DNA of 63,190 bases from an uncultured Pseudobdellovibrionaceae bacterium (GCA_964654245.1 CAZZGO010000001.1:1-63190); one strand, 5' to 3'; positions 1 to 10,021 are shown, numbered from the stretch's first letter. A program made the numbers and translations. Notes: generated by a model from the letters alone, not told the origin.

Positions 1-833
1 CTTCGAGGCATGCCCAAAATAAAAACAGGCTGTTCAGTGTCATAACCTTGGATATTCTGATTTTCAAAAAAGTCAGCCGAGAAGTAGGTGCGTATGTCGT
101 CCATCCAGCGTTCCAGATGTCCGGATTGATGATGAATGGCTTTGCGCTTGGCCTGAGCCCCCACCTGTAGGGATTCAAAGGCACGGTCATAGTCCCCGAT
201 ATCCTGACATGCTTTGAACAAGGCATAATGAAGATAGGCCGCGTTCATATCGGTCGGTGATTCAGAAATTAATCTTTTTAATGTTGCAAAATGGGGGTCG
301 CGCGCGTCTGTGACCTGATACAGATAAGACAGATACATATATATATGTTCGGCCTTGTCTGGCGTTATCATCATGGCGCGGCGCAGAGATTCCTCGGCCT
401 TGGGTTTTTGCCCCAAATAAAAATAAGCGCGGGAAAGCGCGGAAAATCCTTCGTCATAGGGTTGCTTGGTCAAAGCAGGTTCCAGCAAGGTCACGGCTTC
501 CGGGTATTGTTCGGATTTGACAAGGATACGGCCGATTAAAATATCAACGCCCGGATAAAGCGGCTGAAGTTTTTTGATTTCACGCGCGAGATAGAGAGCT
601 GTTTCGGTATCTCCAAACGTATAGGCACTGATGGCTTTTAATTCCATCGCGCCGATATGTGTGGGCAGAATTGTCAGGATATTGTCGATGATGGGGCTGG
701 CTGTTTTATATTCCTCGCGGTCGATATGGGCTTTGGCGATGTCATATAGCCGGCTTGCTTCGGCTTTGGCGTGCGTGTCCTGATCCATCATATGCTGGGT
801 GGGTGTTTGCCCGGAAAGATTTAAATACGTCAT
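1..833 (-). CDS. TPR-repeat / sulfotransferase-family protein, N-terminal part (gene runs off the window start)
   Basis: Manual minus-strand translation from ATG 833..831 (MTYLNLSGQTPTQHMMDQ...) stays open to base 1. It shows TPR-like helical repeats, then ...EQPVFILGMPR, which resembles the start of the sulfotransferase PAPS-binding loop (FIxGxPRSGTT). The ATG overlaps the upstream stop (ATGA). It is absent from the ORF track because it has no stop in the window. Confidence 0.6.
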   Translation of the reverse strand, partial: MTYLNLSGQTPTQHMMDQDTHAKAEASRLYDIAKAHIDREEYKTASPIIDNILTILPTHIGAMELKAISAYTFGDTETALYLAREIKKLQPLYPGVDILIGRILVKSEQYPEAVTLLEPALTKQPYDEGFSALSRAYFYLGQKPKAEESLRRAMMITPDKAEHIYMYLSYLYQVTDARDPHFATLKRLISESPTDMNAAYLHYALFKACQDIGDYDRAFESLQVGAQAKRKAIHHQSGHLERWMDDIRTYFSADFFENQNIQGYDTEQPVFILGMPR

Positions 834-2575
834 ATCGTTCTACCAATCGAAAAGAATTTACAGGCATCTATCTGGGCGAACCCTTCGCTTGGGGTGTTTT
901 CTTCTCCGCGCCGGCAACAGACAAATTGATACATGTTTGCAAAGGTCAGCGGAAAAGCTTGTTCAAATTTCTCCCAGTTATCCAAATGTGTCATGCGAGG
1001 ATCATCGGGATACAGGGATATATATTTTTCCTGAAGGGCTTTTGGCTGTTCCCGGAACCCAAGAAAAGTTAGGTTATGTCGGTTCAACAGATTTTTTAAA
1101 TCCTCAATCGTGTATCGCGTCTCTTGGATGTGAAAGACCAGATCCCGGCATTCCGAGAGCGAAAAGAAATCCCGCCGCATGGCAATCTGCTTCAAGGGGT
1201 CTTCATCTGGTAGCGATATAATATCGGCGCGGAATTGACGCATGCCTTCGGGGGTAATTGAAAATCCTTTTTCTGCAATAAGTTTTCGGCACTCCACGAT
1301 AGATTGACGTCCGAGCTCGCTATAGAGCGCGATAAACATGCGGCCGCCGCGCTTTAAACGGCCAATCACTTGCTGGAAACCGGCGTCCGGGTTTTTCATG
1401 TGATGAAGAACTCCGGAACTTTCAATCAGATCAAATTGTTTATTCATTTGATCAAGTTTCAGGATGTCAGCTTGGGCAAAATAAGTATTGAAGGCACCTA
1501 CCTGACGGGCGGAGCGCACCCCATAGGCAATTGAGCTTCGGCTTAAATCTATACCTGTGATATGTACGTTCGGAAACGTCATCGCCGTTTGAACCACCCA
1601 TTTTGAGGTGCCGCACCCGGCCACCAGAATATCCGATCTGGGCAGGGGATATAAAACGGGCGGTAAGTCGAATCCACGCCAGCGGGGGTAGGGATTGTCC
1701 TCATACATATCTGCCACATTCTTGGATATGGCATCCTCAATCGTGGTCATGGCAGGGATGTTCTTTTTAATCTCCGCTTCTTCGTTACGGTCGGTCACGT
1801 GGATGGATAAAAGAGTTTTCATGTCCCCCGGCAGATTACGGTCAGACGCGCGTTTTTGAGCGTGCGGATAGGCATGAAGCAAGCGGTAGCATCCCAAAAC
1901 CGCCAAGGATATATCATCAGTTTTTTGAGACAGATCGGAGATAAGGTCTGTTTCCGCCGGGGTTTCGATGGCTGCGTATTCATGTTCATAGAAATATTCT
2001 GACAGCGCACATAAAAAAGGAAGATCATCTGCGGTGAGTATATTTCCCGTTTTATGGGCGGTCAGGACAAACCGGCGCAGGCGGGTCAGCAATAATTCAA
2101 AAGGAATATCCGCGACCATTAATTTACGAATGCCCAGTTGAAAGAAAGGATCCATCAGGCAGGGCCGTATGGCCTTCCAGTCCATTTTTTTATCAAAATC
2201 ATGTTCATCCTCTGCATCCATTAAACGCATGAGAGGAGCATGAAGTGGGTCAAAACTCATCAACGCCAGCCACGCAAACATAAAATGCCGGTGTTCAATC
2301 GTCAGTGCCTGAAAGCAATGCGTGATCGCCTGTTTATACACAGGGTGAAAGCCGCGCATTTCTATTTTTTGAACCGCGAGTGCCGCACGTTTGGCGGCAT
2401 ATTCCAGGGCGGGGTAACGCATGACTTCGGTGCAGGCAACATCAAAGGCAGGCTCGAATTGAGAAGTGCTGAACAGGTCGTTAAATCGGCGGACAAGTTC
2501 GTTGCCGGGTAAATCCTGAAGCGGTGCCATGGCCAAAAGTGAAACATTTTGTGTCAACATGTGCACATGATACAC
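830..2575 (-). CDS. class I SAM-dependent methyltransferase with ~290-aa N-terminal helical domain of unknown function
   Basis: 581-aa ORF with a GTG start. The C-terminal half carries SAM-MTase blocks (ILVAGCGTS, FDLIESSGVLHHM, LKRGGRMFIALY). The stop overlaps the start of the TPR-sulfotransferase gene. Confidence 0.75.
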   Translation of the reverse strand: MYHVHMLTQNVSLLAMAPLQDLPGNELVRRFNDLFSTSQFEPAFDVACTEVMRYPALEYAAKRAALAVQKIEMRGFHPVYKQAITHCFQALTIEHRHFMFAWLALMSFDPLHAPLMRLMDAEDEHDFDKKMDWKAIRPCLMDPFFQLGIRKLMVADIPFELLLTRLRRFVLTAHKTGNILTADDLPFLCALSEYFYEHEYAAIETPAETDLISDLSQKTDDISLAVLGCYRLLHAYPHAQKRASDRNLPGDMKTLLSIHVTDRNEEAEIKKNIPAMTTIEDAISKNVADMYEDNPYPRWRGFDLPPVLYPLPRSDILVAGCGTSKWVVQTAMTFPNVHITGIDLSRSSIAYGVRSARQVGAFNTYFAQADILKLDQMNKQFDLIESSGVLHHMKNPDAGFQQVIGRLKRGGRMFIALYSELGRQSIVECRKLIAEKGFSITPEGMRQFRADIISLPDEDPLKQIAMRRDFFSLSECRDLVFHIQETRYTIEDLKNLLNRHNLTFLGFREQPKALQEKYISLYPDDPRMTHLDNWEKFEQAFPLTFANMYQFVCCRRGEENTPSEGFAQIDACKFFSIGRTI

Positions 2576-2619
2576 GCGTTTAACCCAAGGTAAATATCCC
2601 TTGCGCGCCTTTATCCCTT

Positions 2620-2654
2620 AAAAAAGCGTAACCCCCGGACGTGCCGGGGGTTAC
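2620..2654 (-). terminator. rho-independent terminator after flgE
   Basis: 11-bp GC-rich stem gtaacccccgg (2628..2638) pairs with ccgggggttac (2644..2654) around a 5-nt loop. It is followed on the minus strand by GC plus T6 (A-run 2620..2625 on the plus strand). Confidence 0.65.
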
Positions 2655-2731
2655 TACTGCTATTTAAGACCTTATCAGGCGGTCTTCTACCGCAGTCTTA
2701 AGCAGATTCGTTAAAGATTTTGCTTAAAAGA

Positions 2732-4462
2732 TTATCTTAATCTCAACAAATCTTCCGTCATCTGATCGACGGTTGTAATCACCTTGGTGTTCGCGGAATA
2801 GGCGCGCTGGGTGATGATCAATTTGGCAAATTCATCGGCCAGATCAACGTTGGAAATTTCTAACGTTGCCGGTTCAATGAACCCAGCGCCGCCCGTTCCG
2901 GCTTCGCGCAGGTTTTCCTCGCCTGAATCTCCGGATTCAACATAGGCCGTTCCAGACACTTCCTGCAGACCGTTCGCGTTCGCAAAGGTCACCAGAGGTA
3001 ATTTGTACAGGGGTGAGGTGGCACCGTTTGAAAACCGGGCAATGACAAACCCGTCACGGTCGATTTCCACGCCTGTTCTTAACCCCAGTTCCGCCCCGTC
3101 CTGATCAGAGAACAGAACCGAATAGTCGCTTGAGAACTGGCTGAAGCGGGAGATATCAACATTGATCCCCTGAAGTTCCGAACCGTTACCCCAGTTAATG
3201 TTGTTCAGTTCGATATCCACATTTCCACTTCCATCCGGGCGGGCGTTGATGGTGCCGTCTCCGTTGAAGTTGATCAAACCTCGGGTTAGCTGGTTGCTGT
3301 TCGGATCCAGAATGGTGACCTGCCACCAGCCACGGTTGTTATATAGCGGATCGCCGGGCAGGTTTTGCGGGGAAGGAAATTCTTCGGAACTATAGGCAGG
3401 TGAGTCTGCGGGCGCACCGTTGTCATACGTTGCGTTGTTCAAGTTGTTGGATGTATATGTCCCCGCCGTTAAACCCATGCTGGCCAAGGCCGTGCCTAAA
3501 CCCACGTTACCAATCGTGACAGCTTCAGTACCGGCGGTGAAGGAATCACGCTGGATGACCAATTCACCGTTGCTTCCGATAAAGGCAGAGATGCCCGCCA
3601 AAGCATTCACCGCTGTCACAACATCCCCGATTGTTTGCACTTGGTTCACGCCGGGAGCACCCGCGACGACCGTCAGGGTCAACAACGGCGCGCCGCCCGA
3701 TTCATCGTCAATCGTGAATTGATGTCCGGCTGTTAGACCCAGATCATTTACCAGACTTGTTGTGGCCGTTAAACTGCCGATCGTGCCACCCGCCGTACCC
3801 ATCGGACCATATGTTTTCGTGAACTGGAAGGTCATGGGTTGGGGATTACCCAGCGTATCGTAAACCGTCAAGCTGCGCTGAAAGTCCGTAGGAGATGTCA
3901 ACGCCGCCGTGAGGCCGTTATCAATTTCTGCGGCATCCAGGTTGACCGAAAGTGTGGCCGAGGTTGTCGGACGGGTCAAACCGCCCAAAAACGCCACATC
4001 AACCGGCACCAGCGAGGTTAAATCCCCTTGGTTGGCTGGCAAATTGCCGGTGGCATCGATCGGCCATCCATAAAGATAGAAGCCCGCCGAATTACGCAGA
4101 AGACCTTGTTGATCTTCGCTGAACTGTCCGTTACGTGTGTAAAGGAACTCCGTCAACGCCGTATCATCGGCATCACGTTTAACGGCAAAGAAACCGTTAC
4201 CTGAAATAGAGGTATCCGTTGAAGAGACCGAAGACTGAATAGGGCCTTGTTGATCTACCCGCTGAATCCGGTTCACGGAAACTGTCCCGGGCGAGTAGCG
4301 CGAGGCTCTGCCTTCGGTGGTCACCAGTGAATAGAACGCGGCTTCGGAACGTTTAAAGCCAACCGTGTTCACGTTAGCGATGTTGTTGGAAATCATGGCA
4401 GTGGCCTGCGCCTGAGAACTCAGGCCTGACACGCCGGTATAAAGTGATCCAAATAAGCTCAT
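2732..4462 (-). CDS. flgE: flagellar hook protein FlgE
   Basis: 576 aa. It has conserved rod/hook termini (MSLFGSLYTGVSGLSSQAQATAMISNNIANVNTVGFKR ... IITQRAYSANTKVITTVDQMTEDLLRL) and lies directly downstream of flgD. Confidence 0.93.
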   Translation of the reverse strand: MSLFGSLYTGVSGLSSQAQATAMISNNIANVNTVGFKRSEAAFYSLVTTEGRASRYSPGTVSVNRIQRVDQQGPIQSSVSSTDTSISGNGFFAVKRDADDTALTEFLYTRNGQFSEDQQGLLRNSAGFYLYGWPIDATGNLPANQGDLTSLVPVDVAFLGGLTRPTTSATLSVNLDAAEIDNGLTAALTSPTDFQRSLTVYDTLGNPQPMTFQFTKTYGPMGTAGGTIGSLTATTSLVNDLGLTAGHQFTIDDESGGAPLLTLTVVAGAPGVNQVQTIGDVVTAVNALAGISAFIGSNGELVIQRDSFTAGTEAVTIGNVGLGTALASMGLTAGTYTSNNLNNATYDNGAPADSPAYSSEEFPSPQNLPGDPLYNNRGWWQVTILDPNSNQLTRGLINFNGDGTINARPDGSGNVDIELNNINWGNGSELQGINVDISRFSQFSSDYSVLFSDQDGAELGLRTGVEIDRDGFVIARFSNGATSPLYKLPLVTFANANGLQEVSGTAYVESGDSGEENLREAGTGGAGFIEPATLEISNVDLADEFAKLIITQRAYSANTKVITTVDQMTEDLLRLR

Positions 4463-4512
4463 GTAAAGTTACCTCCTGTTAAAAAATAATCGAAAATAGG
4501 GTTGTCATCTGA

Positions 4513-5214
4513 TTAAGCTCCCGTCCCGGTGGGGGCAGGTGTATTCGGTACGCGGGCTTGAAGAATGGATGAAATCGCAACAGCACGGTCACCCACCAGC
4601 ACATACACAATACCATTCTGGGATTCGATCCCCTTAACATGGCCCGATACAGCGGTGCTGGCCTGAATGGGTTTCTGGTCTTTGTCCACGGCATCAATTT
4701 TGACACTGTAAGTACCTGGGGGAACGGTCTGTCCGGCATTGTTCAAGCCGTTCCATGTAAATTCATTGCGGCCAGCATCTTTGGGTACATCGCCAGAAAA
4801 GACCAGTTGGCCAGCTTCGTCGCGGACGTTGATTTTGGCTGTCTGTCCAGGTGTTGCCAGCGAATAATTAATCTTAACGGGGTTCGCGCCATCAAAATTC
4901 ATCTCGGCGCTTAAGTAGGAAATATCCATGCCGACATATCCCAACGCCACAGAGGAAATACTGGAGAGTTGTAAGGTTAAAAGATCGTCAATCTTCTGGT
5001 TCAGGTTGATTTGCTGTTCAACTTGAGAGAACTGAACGAGCTGATTGGTGAATTCGCTTGAATCCATGGGGGCGAGAGGATCCTGGTTCTGAAGTTGTGT
5101 TGTCAACAAGGTCAGGAACTGATCGAAATCCTCGGCCAGTGTGGTTCTGGACGTTGCCGTGTTCTGGGCATTATTGGCCAGGCCTGTTGTGGTTACCGAT
5201 TGTGCTGTGTTCAT
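4513..5214 (-). CDS. flgD: flagellar hook assembly/capping protein FlgD
   Basis: 233 aa with the FlgD signature DFDQFLTLLTTQLQNQDPLAPMDSSEFTNQLVQFSQVEQ. Confidence 0.93.
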   Translation of the reverse strand: MNTAQSVTTTGLANNAQNTATSRTTLAEDFDQFLTLLTTQLQNQDPLAPMDSSEFTNQLVQFSQVEQQINLNQKIDDLLTLQLSSISSVALGYVGMDISYLSAEMNFDGANPVKINYSLATPGQTAKINVRDEAGQLVFSGDVPKDAGRNEFTWNGLNNAGQTVPPGTYSVKIDAVDKDQKPIQASTAVSGHVKGIESQNGIVYVLVGDRAVAISSILQARVPNTPAPTGTGA

Positions 5215-5229
5215 CTGCGTTCTCTTTCG

Positions 5230-6822
5230 TTAAGCCAAAATATTGTACCGAATAAAACCTGTCTCACTGTCCACGTTCCATGTCATGGTCGATTGAATGA
5301 CATCTGCCTCATCGCCTTGACCTGATTTTCCTGAACCGCCTTGACCATCATCCTGTGTAAACTGCTCAAAACCGCCGGAGTCAGTGGCCAGCTGGAAATC
5401 TATGCCGCCGCCCGTCACGGTTAAACCAGCGCCATGCAAAGCGCGTTCCAGAAAGGCCGCATCCCGTTGAAGCATGAAATGGGTTTCCGGTTTTTCACTG
5501 GTCAGAACGGCTTTGACGGACTGATCGCTCCCGAATTCTAATTTAACTTCGACGCGGCCTAATTCCGGCGGGTCAAGTTCAAGGGTAATGACATTCGGTC
5601 TTCCTTCTTTCGCCGATTTTGTCAGATGCGCCGCCACGGTTTGCGTGGCACTATGGGCGTGTCCGGCCTGAACATTCCCTGCGGTGCTGTGCGCCGCCTG
5701 AGACGCCTGGGTCATCGGGATACCGCTATGGATATCAATCCCTAAAGATTCCATGGCCTGCGTAAAAGCATCAGACCATCCTGCGGCCAAGGTGACGAAA
5801 CCCGGCTTGTTTAAAGAAGGCGCCCCTGGCGCGGAGGATACGTTACCCCCGATAGATATCGCCAAGGGCAGTAATTTAGCAGAGGCAATATCTGTTCCTG
5901 TGTTCTGAGATATCGGTGCGTTACCTTGGTATTTCAAAAGTGTATTCAGGATATTTTCCGAACGCCGGTCTGGTGTCCATGCGCCGGCATCTTCAAATGT
6001 GCCCGCACCTACCGTTAACCCGTTTAACTGCTCAGCGAGATCATCAGAAGGTTCGCTCGCGGGGGTGATTTGGTTGATGATATCCTGATCTTTTTGGGGT
6101 TTATACCCCAGTCCGCCAACGCCGGCCATGATATCTTCGGCGGTCATCGGACGTCCTAGTTTGTTTTCAAGTTCATCAATACGCTTGAGCGCAGATGTCA
6201 TCTGCGAAGGGGAAAGCCCCATGGCAATCAAGGCTTGGAGATGCCCGGAGCTTCCGTCCTGAAGTTCATCGAGCCGCGCCTCAAGCGTGTTAATTTTACC
6301 TTCAAGGCGTGTGATAAAAAATTCTATGAATGGCTTTCCCTTATATTCTTCCGGCAGGCCCTGGGTCAGGCGATCCAGAAGTGTTTCTGCCGCAGTTATT
6401 TTCTTTTGAATACGTTCAATGCGCAGGGCTTCGAGTTGAACAGGTATTTTTTCATCCTGTGCTTTCAAAAGCAGAGCCAGTTCCTGCACACTCACAGGTT
6501 TGCCAGAGGAGAGCGGGTCTGAGGGGATGATCCCTGCATTATCCATCGGCGTCAGGCTGGCCAGTAATAATTCACCTTCGGTCAGAAGATCTTCTTCGGT
6601 TTCGCCCGGCGTGGGTGTGGAGACAGGCACCAAAGATGCAAGTAGGGTATCATCGGGGCCTTCTTTTTTGGTTTTTTGTTCATCGCCCGAGAGCGTCAGC
6701 GATAAAATGAAATCCAGAAAATTAAGCCCACCACCCGACAGCACGCCTGTTTTCGACCCCTGAAGTGCTTGGGGAGCCGAAGAGGATGCGATCGTTGTTC
6801 CGATGGGGTTTGTCTGTGTCAT
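5230..6822 (-). CDS. fliK: flagellar hook-length control protein FliK
   Basis: 530 aa. The N-terminal region is low-complexity Pro/Ser/Gly-rich. The C-terminal block ITLELDPPELGRVEVKLEF...VKAVLTSEKPET is typical of the FliK C-terminal domain. It is positioned upstream of flgD-flgE. Confidence 0.8.
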   Translation of the reverse strand: MTQTNPIGTTIASSSAPQALQGSKTGVLSGGGLNFLDFILSLTLSGDEQKTKKEGPDDTLLASLVPVSTPTPGETEEDLLTEGELLLASLTPMDNAGIIPSDPLSSGKPVSVQELALLLKAQDEKIPVQLEALRIERIQKKITAAETLLDRLTQGLPEEYKGKPFIEFFITRLEGKINTLEARLDELQDGSSGHLQALIAMGLSPSQMTSALKRIDELENKLGRPMTAEDIMAGVGGLGYKPQKDQDIINQITPASEPSDDLAEQLNGLTVGAGTFEDAGAWTPDRRSENILNTLLKYQGNAPISQNTGTDIASAKLLPLAISIGGNVSSAPGAPSLNKPGFVTLAAGWSDAFTQAMESLGIDIHSGIPMTQASQAAHSTAGNVQAGHAHSATQTVAAHLTKSAKEGRPNVITLELDPPELGRVEVKLEFGSDQSVKAVLTSEKPETHFMLQRDAAFLERALHGAGLTVTGGGIDFQLATDSGGFEQFTQDDGQGGSGKSGQGDEADVIQSTMTWNVDSETGFIRYNILA

Positions 6823-6855
6823 ATTATTACTTTCGTTAAAAAGACCAATGAAACC

Positions 6856-7350
6856 TTACGCTTTTTCGTTGATACCAATACTGCCTTTGGCACCTTGTTG
6901 CATTTGCCCGCTGGCGCCATAGGCAAATTGCGTTTCTTTTTTGACGGTTTCGCGCGCAACCGACATGATGCGTTCCCCCAGACGGGAAAAACTTTTCCGC
7001 ATACGGTCAAGCCGCTCCCGGTTCAGTTCAACTGTGTCATGAAAATCGGCTTGCTGAATCGATAGACGCGCTTTGGTCGCAGGATCAGCGAGCAGGCGGA
7101 TTTCATCTTTCCGGGATAAAAGTTGGGCAATACCGGATTGATATTCACGTGCCAGAGAAACTTTATGTTCCTGAAGAAGCATAAAGCTTTCGTTATCCGC
7201 ATTATCCAATGCCTGTGTTTCACGCACCAGCACACCGCGCAGGGCATCGATTGTGACCATCATTTCTTGAAGCGCTTTCGTGGCATCCCGGGAAAGAATT
7301 TTATCGGCTGGTATTTTTTGCTCTGAATTATTCAGGTTTTTCTTGAACAT
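6856..7350 (-). CDS. coiled-coil flagellar-cluster protein, possibly FlgN-like export chaperone
   Basis: 164-aa helical ORF between the flgJ-like gene and fliK, overlapping the flgJ-like stop by 23 nt. The assignment rests on position and size only. Confidence 0.4.
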   Translation of the reverse strand: MFKKNLNNSEQKIPADKILSRDATKALQEMMVTIDALRGVLVRETQALDNADNESFMLLQEHKVSLAREYQSGIAQLLSRKDEIRLLADPATKARLSIQQADFHDTVELNRERLDRMRKSFSRLGERIMSVARETVKKETQFAYGASGQMQQGAKGSIGINEKA

Positions 7351-7690
7351 TTTTTGTCTCCTGTAATTTAATCAGTTCCTGTTTAATGGAATCGGCTATG
7401 CCGATCTGTCCGGTCTGGGACATGATTTTCCCGTATTCATCCAGCATCATGCCGAAAAAAACTTCTTCGCCCTTGCCGCCCCCGAACATGGGGTCGGGTT
7501 TTAATTCTTCGAACATGGGTTTCATCATTTCTGTGATGAACATGGCTTCGAAATCACGCGCGGCTTCGGTGAGGGCTTCGTCGTTTTTAAGGCGCGCTGT
7601 CTCTTTTAAATTTTGTACTTTTTCTGCTGTCTGCGCCTGTGAGGACTGAAGCGCCGCGAGAGAGGAAGTCTGGTCAATGATATTTGTCAT
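7328..7690 (-). CDS. flgJ: flagellar rod-binding protein (FlgJ N-terminal-domain type, no muramidase domain)
   Basis: 120 aa with the rod-binding motif AARDFEAMFITEMMKPMFEEL, immediately downstream of flgI. Confidence 0.8.
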   Translation of the reverse strand: MTNIIDQTSSLAALQSSQAQTAEKVQNLKETARLKNDEALTEAARDFEAMFITEMMKPMFEELKPDPMFGGGKGEEVFFGMMLDEYGKIMSQTGQIGIADSIKQELIKLQETKNVQEKPE

Positions 7691-7704
7691 CTGCTCATCC
7701 TGCC

Positions 7705-8847
7705 TTATAACGTTTCTATGTCTGCATGAAGGGCACCCGCCGCCTTGATGGCTTGAAGGATCGAAATCACATCACGCGGGGGTACGCCCAATCTGTTTAA
7801 TCCGGTCACCAGGTCCTGAAGTGTGACACCTGTTTCGACGACCGCCAATTTAGCATCGGGGCCTGTGTTGACTTCGATATCCGTGCGCGGCACAACCGTC
7901 GTCGTGCCTTGTTCAGAGAACGGGTTAGGCTGGGATACTTGAGGTGTTTCTGTGATCTTGACAGTGAGGTTGGCTTGGGAAATGGCCACGGTTGAAATCT
8001 TGACTTCTGATCCCATGACAATCACGCCAGACCGTTCATCAATAACCACACGGGCAATCTGGTCGGGTTGAACGGGTAATTGTTCAATATCCGTGATGAG
8101 ATCTGTGATGCTTCCCGTGTAATCTTGTGGACGTCTTAAGACAACGCTGGACGGATTTTCGGCTTTGGCCATGGTTGTGGACGCATACCCATTAATGGCT
8201 TCGGCGATACGCCGCGCGGTTGTGAAATCGGGATTACGAAGCGCAAGGCGCACTTCCTGAAGATCATCCAGTCGGAAATCAATCTCACGTTCGACAATGG
8301 CACCGCCCGGGATACGTCCGGCGGTAGGGATATTTTGTGTGACGCTGGCGGCTTCACCTGTTGCCGAAAAGCCAGCGATATTGATCGACCCTTGCGCCAC
8401 GGCATAGACTTCGCCGTCTGCCGCCATCAAGGGGGTAACAAGCAATGTACCGCCTTGAAGTGACTGGGCATCCCCTAACGAAGAAATATTCACGTCAATG
8501 TTACTGCCTTGATTGGTAAAAGGGGGCAGGGTGGCTGTGACCATAACGGCGGCGACGTTGCCGGTATTTAAATTTTCACCGCGAACATTGACGCCCAGCC
8601 GCTCTAACATCGCCAGCATACTCTGGCGTGTGAAGGGGGAATTGTTGAGAGAGTCGCCTGTGCCATTCAACCCCACCACAAGCCCGTATCCGACCAGTTG
8701 GTTATCCCGCACGCCTTCAAAAGCCACGATATCTTTAATGCGCGTGTTTTTGGCCTGTGCATCAACCGGTGCCATGACGGCAAAGCCACCCGCCATAATC
8801 ATAAAGGCGATGGTCATGAGCCGGGCAGAGGATGTAAATTTTGTCAT
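7705..8847 (-). CDS. flgI: flagellar P-ring protein FlgI
   Basis: The ORF 7705..8967 was trimmed to ATG 8847, which gives a signal peptide (MTKFTSSARLMTIAFMIMAGGFAVMAPVDAQA). This is followed by RIKDIVAFEGVRDNQLVGYGLVVGLNGTGD, a typical mature FlgI N-terminus. Confidence 0.93.
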   Translation of the reverse strand: MTKFTSSARLMTIAFMIMAGGFAVMAPVDAQAKNTRIKDIVAFEGVRDNQLVGYGLVVGLNGTGDSLNNSPFTRQSMLAMLERLGVNVRGENLNTGNVAAVMVTATLPPFTNQGSNIDVNISSLGDAQSLQGGTLLVTPLMAADGEVYAVAQGSINIAGFSATGEAASVTQNIPTAGRIPGGAIVEREIDFRLDDLQEVRLALRNPDFTTARRIAEAINGYASTTMAKAENPSSVVLRRPQDYTGSITDLITDIEQLPVQPDQIARVVIDERSGVIVMGSEVKISTVAISQANLTVKITETPQVSQPNPFSEQGTTTVVPRTDIEVNTGPDAKLAVVETGVTLQDLVTGLNRLGVPPRDVISILQAIKAAGALHADIETL

Positions 8848-8887
8848 ATTTTTTGTCACGGGATATATGTCTCCGGTTAAAACCCTT

Positions 8888-8902
8888 GCGAAGTTCGTGC
8901 CA
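8888..8902 (-). promoter_or_regulatory. sigma-54 (-24/-12) type promoter upstream of flgI
   Basis: The minus strand reads TGGCAC-GAACT-TCGCA, with GG-N10-GC spacing and one mismatch to TGGCAC-N5-TTGCA. The -12 GC lies about 40 nt upstream of the flgI ATG. Confidence 0.5.
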
Positions 8903-9060
8903 CGATCTGTGCATAGAAAATATAAATTAAAACAAAGGCTTAAGACGGTTGATCCGATATATATCATCCAATGATGACGGCAAAAAAAGAATTGATAACA
9001 AGGGGATAGGCAAAACTTTCCTTCTATCCAGACCCGTGGCTGGGATATACTAATAAGAAT

Positions 9061-9498
9061 ATGAAGATTGAAGGTCCCTCTAAAACATCGGCAACATCCA
9101 AGACAGGCAAAACCGAACGCGCGGCGGACGGCGGCGTGGGCTTTGATGATTATATGGCGACCGGTACCAAGGCTACATCGGCACCCGCCACATCATCGGC
9201 GATTGCGCGGGTGGATGCCTTGCTGGCGGCGCAAGCGGTAGAAGATCCGGCAGAACGTTCTGCCCGTAAGCGCATGCATGCCCGTGCGGAAGGTGTGCTG
9301 GGCGAATTAGATCGTTTGAAAATGGCGTTGCTGACGGGGCAATTGACGTTAGGGCATGTGATTGATATTGCGGATGTTGTGGCATCCCACCGGGAAAAAA
9401 TAAATGACCCCCGTTTAACGGCCATTCTAGACGAGGTTGATTTGCGCGCCCAGATTGAAATTGCCAAGGCGCGAAAAGCAATGGAAAGCCGGGGATGA
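9061..9498 (+). CDS. fliX: flagellar assembly regulator FliX
   Basis: 145 aa, divergent from flgI as in Caulobacter. The N-terminus is low-complexity. The conserved C-terminal part is ...VDALLAAQ...LGELDRLKMALLTGQL...NDPRLTAILDEVDLRAQIEIAK. Confidence 0.72.
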   Translation: MKIEGPSKTSATSKTGKTERAADGGVGFDDYMATGTKATSAPATSSAIARVDALLAAQAVEDPAERSARKRMHARAEGVLGELDRLKMALLTGQLTLGHVIDIADVVASHREKINDPRLTAILDEVDLRAQIEIAKARKAMESRG

Positions 9499-9580
9499 AA
9501 TACCCCGGCGGCTTGCGTCGGGTTCAGGGGGGCATTATAATTTTTAATAGTTTTTGTAAAAGACGTAGGTAAAAGGATCC

Positions 9581-10021
9581 ATGAAAGCCCAAACAGATAA
9601 AACCGTTGTTATTCCGCCCAAATATTCCCCGCTTAAAGATAAGGGGAAATATATGAACCCGGTCATGCTGGCCTATTTCCGGCAGAAACTGGTGGCTTGG
9701 CGGTCGGAATTATTGCGTGAGTCCTCGGATACGATTCAAAACACGCTTCGGGAAACGGAACTTCAGCAACCTGATCTCGCGGATCGGGCGACAGCCGAAA
9801 CAGATCACGCGCTGGAACTGCGTACCCGCGATCGTGAACGTAAATTGATTGCCAAAATCAACGAAGCTTTGATGCGCATTGATGATGGCGAATATGGTTA
9901 TTGTGAGGAAACGGGGGAGCCCATCGGTGTGGCACGCCTCGAAGCTCGTCCTGTCGCGACCTTGAGTCTCGAAGCGCAGGAACGTCATGAAAAAATGGAA
10001 AAAACCCACCGGGATGAGTAG
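9581..10021 (+). CDS. dksA: RNA polymerase-binding transcription factor DksA (Cys-poor, alphaproteobacterial type)
   Basis: 146 aa with a DksA coiled-coil and the C-terminal GYCEETGEPIGVARLEARPVATLSLEAQ. Only the first of the four canonical Zn-finger cysteines is present. Confidence 0.85.
   Translation: MKAQTDKTVVIPPKYSPLKDKGKYMNPVMLAYFRQKLVAWRSELLRESSDTIQNTLRETELQQPDLADRATAETDHALELRTRDRERKLIAKINEALMRIDDGEYGYCEETGEPIGVARLEARPVATLSLEAQERHEKMEKTHRDE

Noticed and set aside
6888-6902. TGGCAC-CTTG-TTGCA on the plus strand
   Set aside because: The spacer is 4 nt instead of 5. It lies inside a minus-strand coding region with no plus-strand gene downstream.
9581-10021. DksA lacking three of the four Zn-finger cysteines as a novelty
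   Set aside because: Cys-poor DksA proteins are already described in Alphaproteobacteria (for example Rhodobacter sphaeroides). I treat this as a lineage marker, not a new feature.
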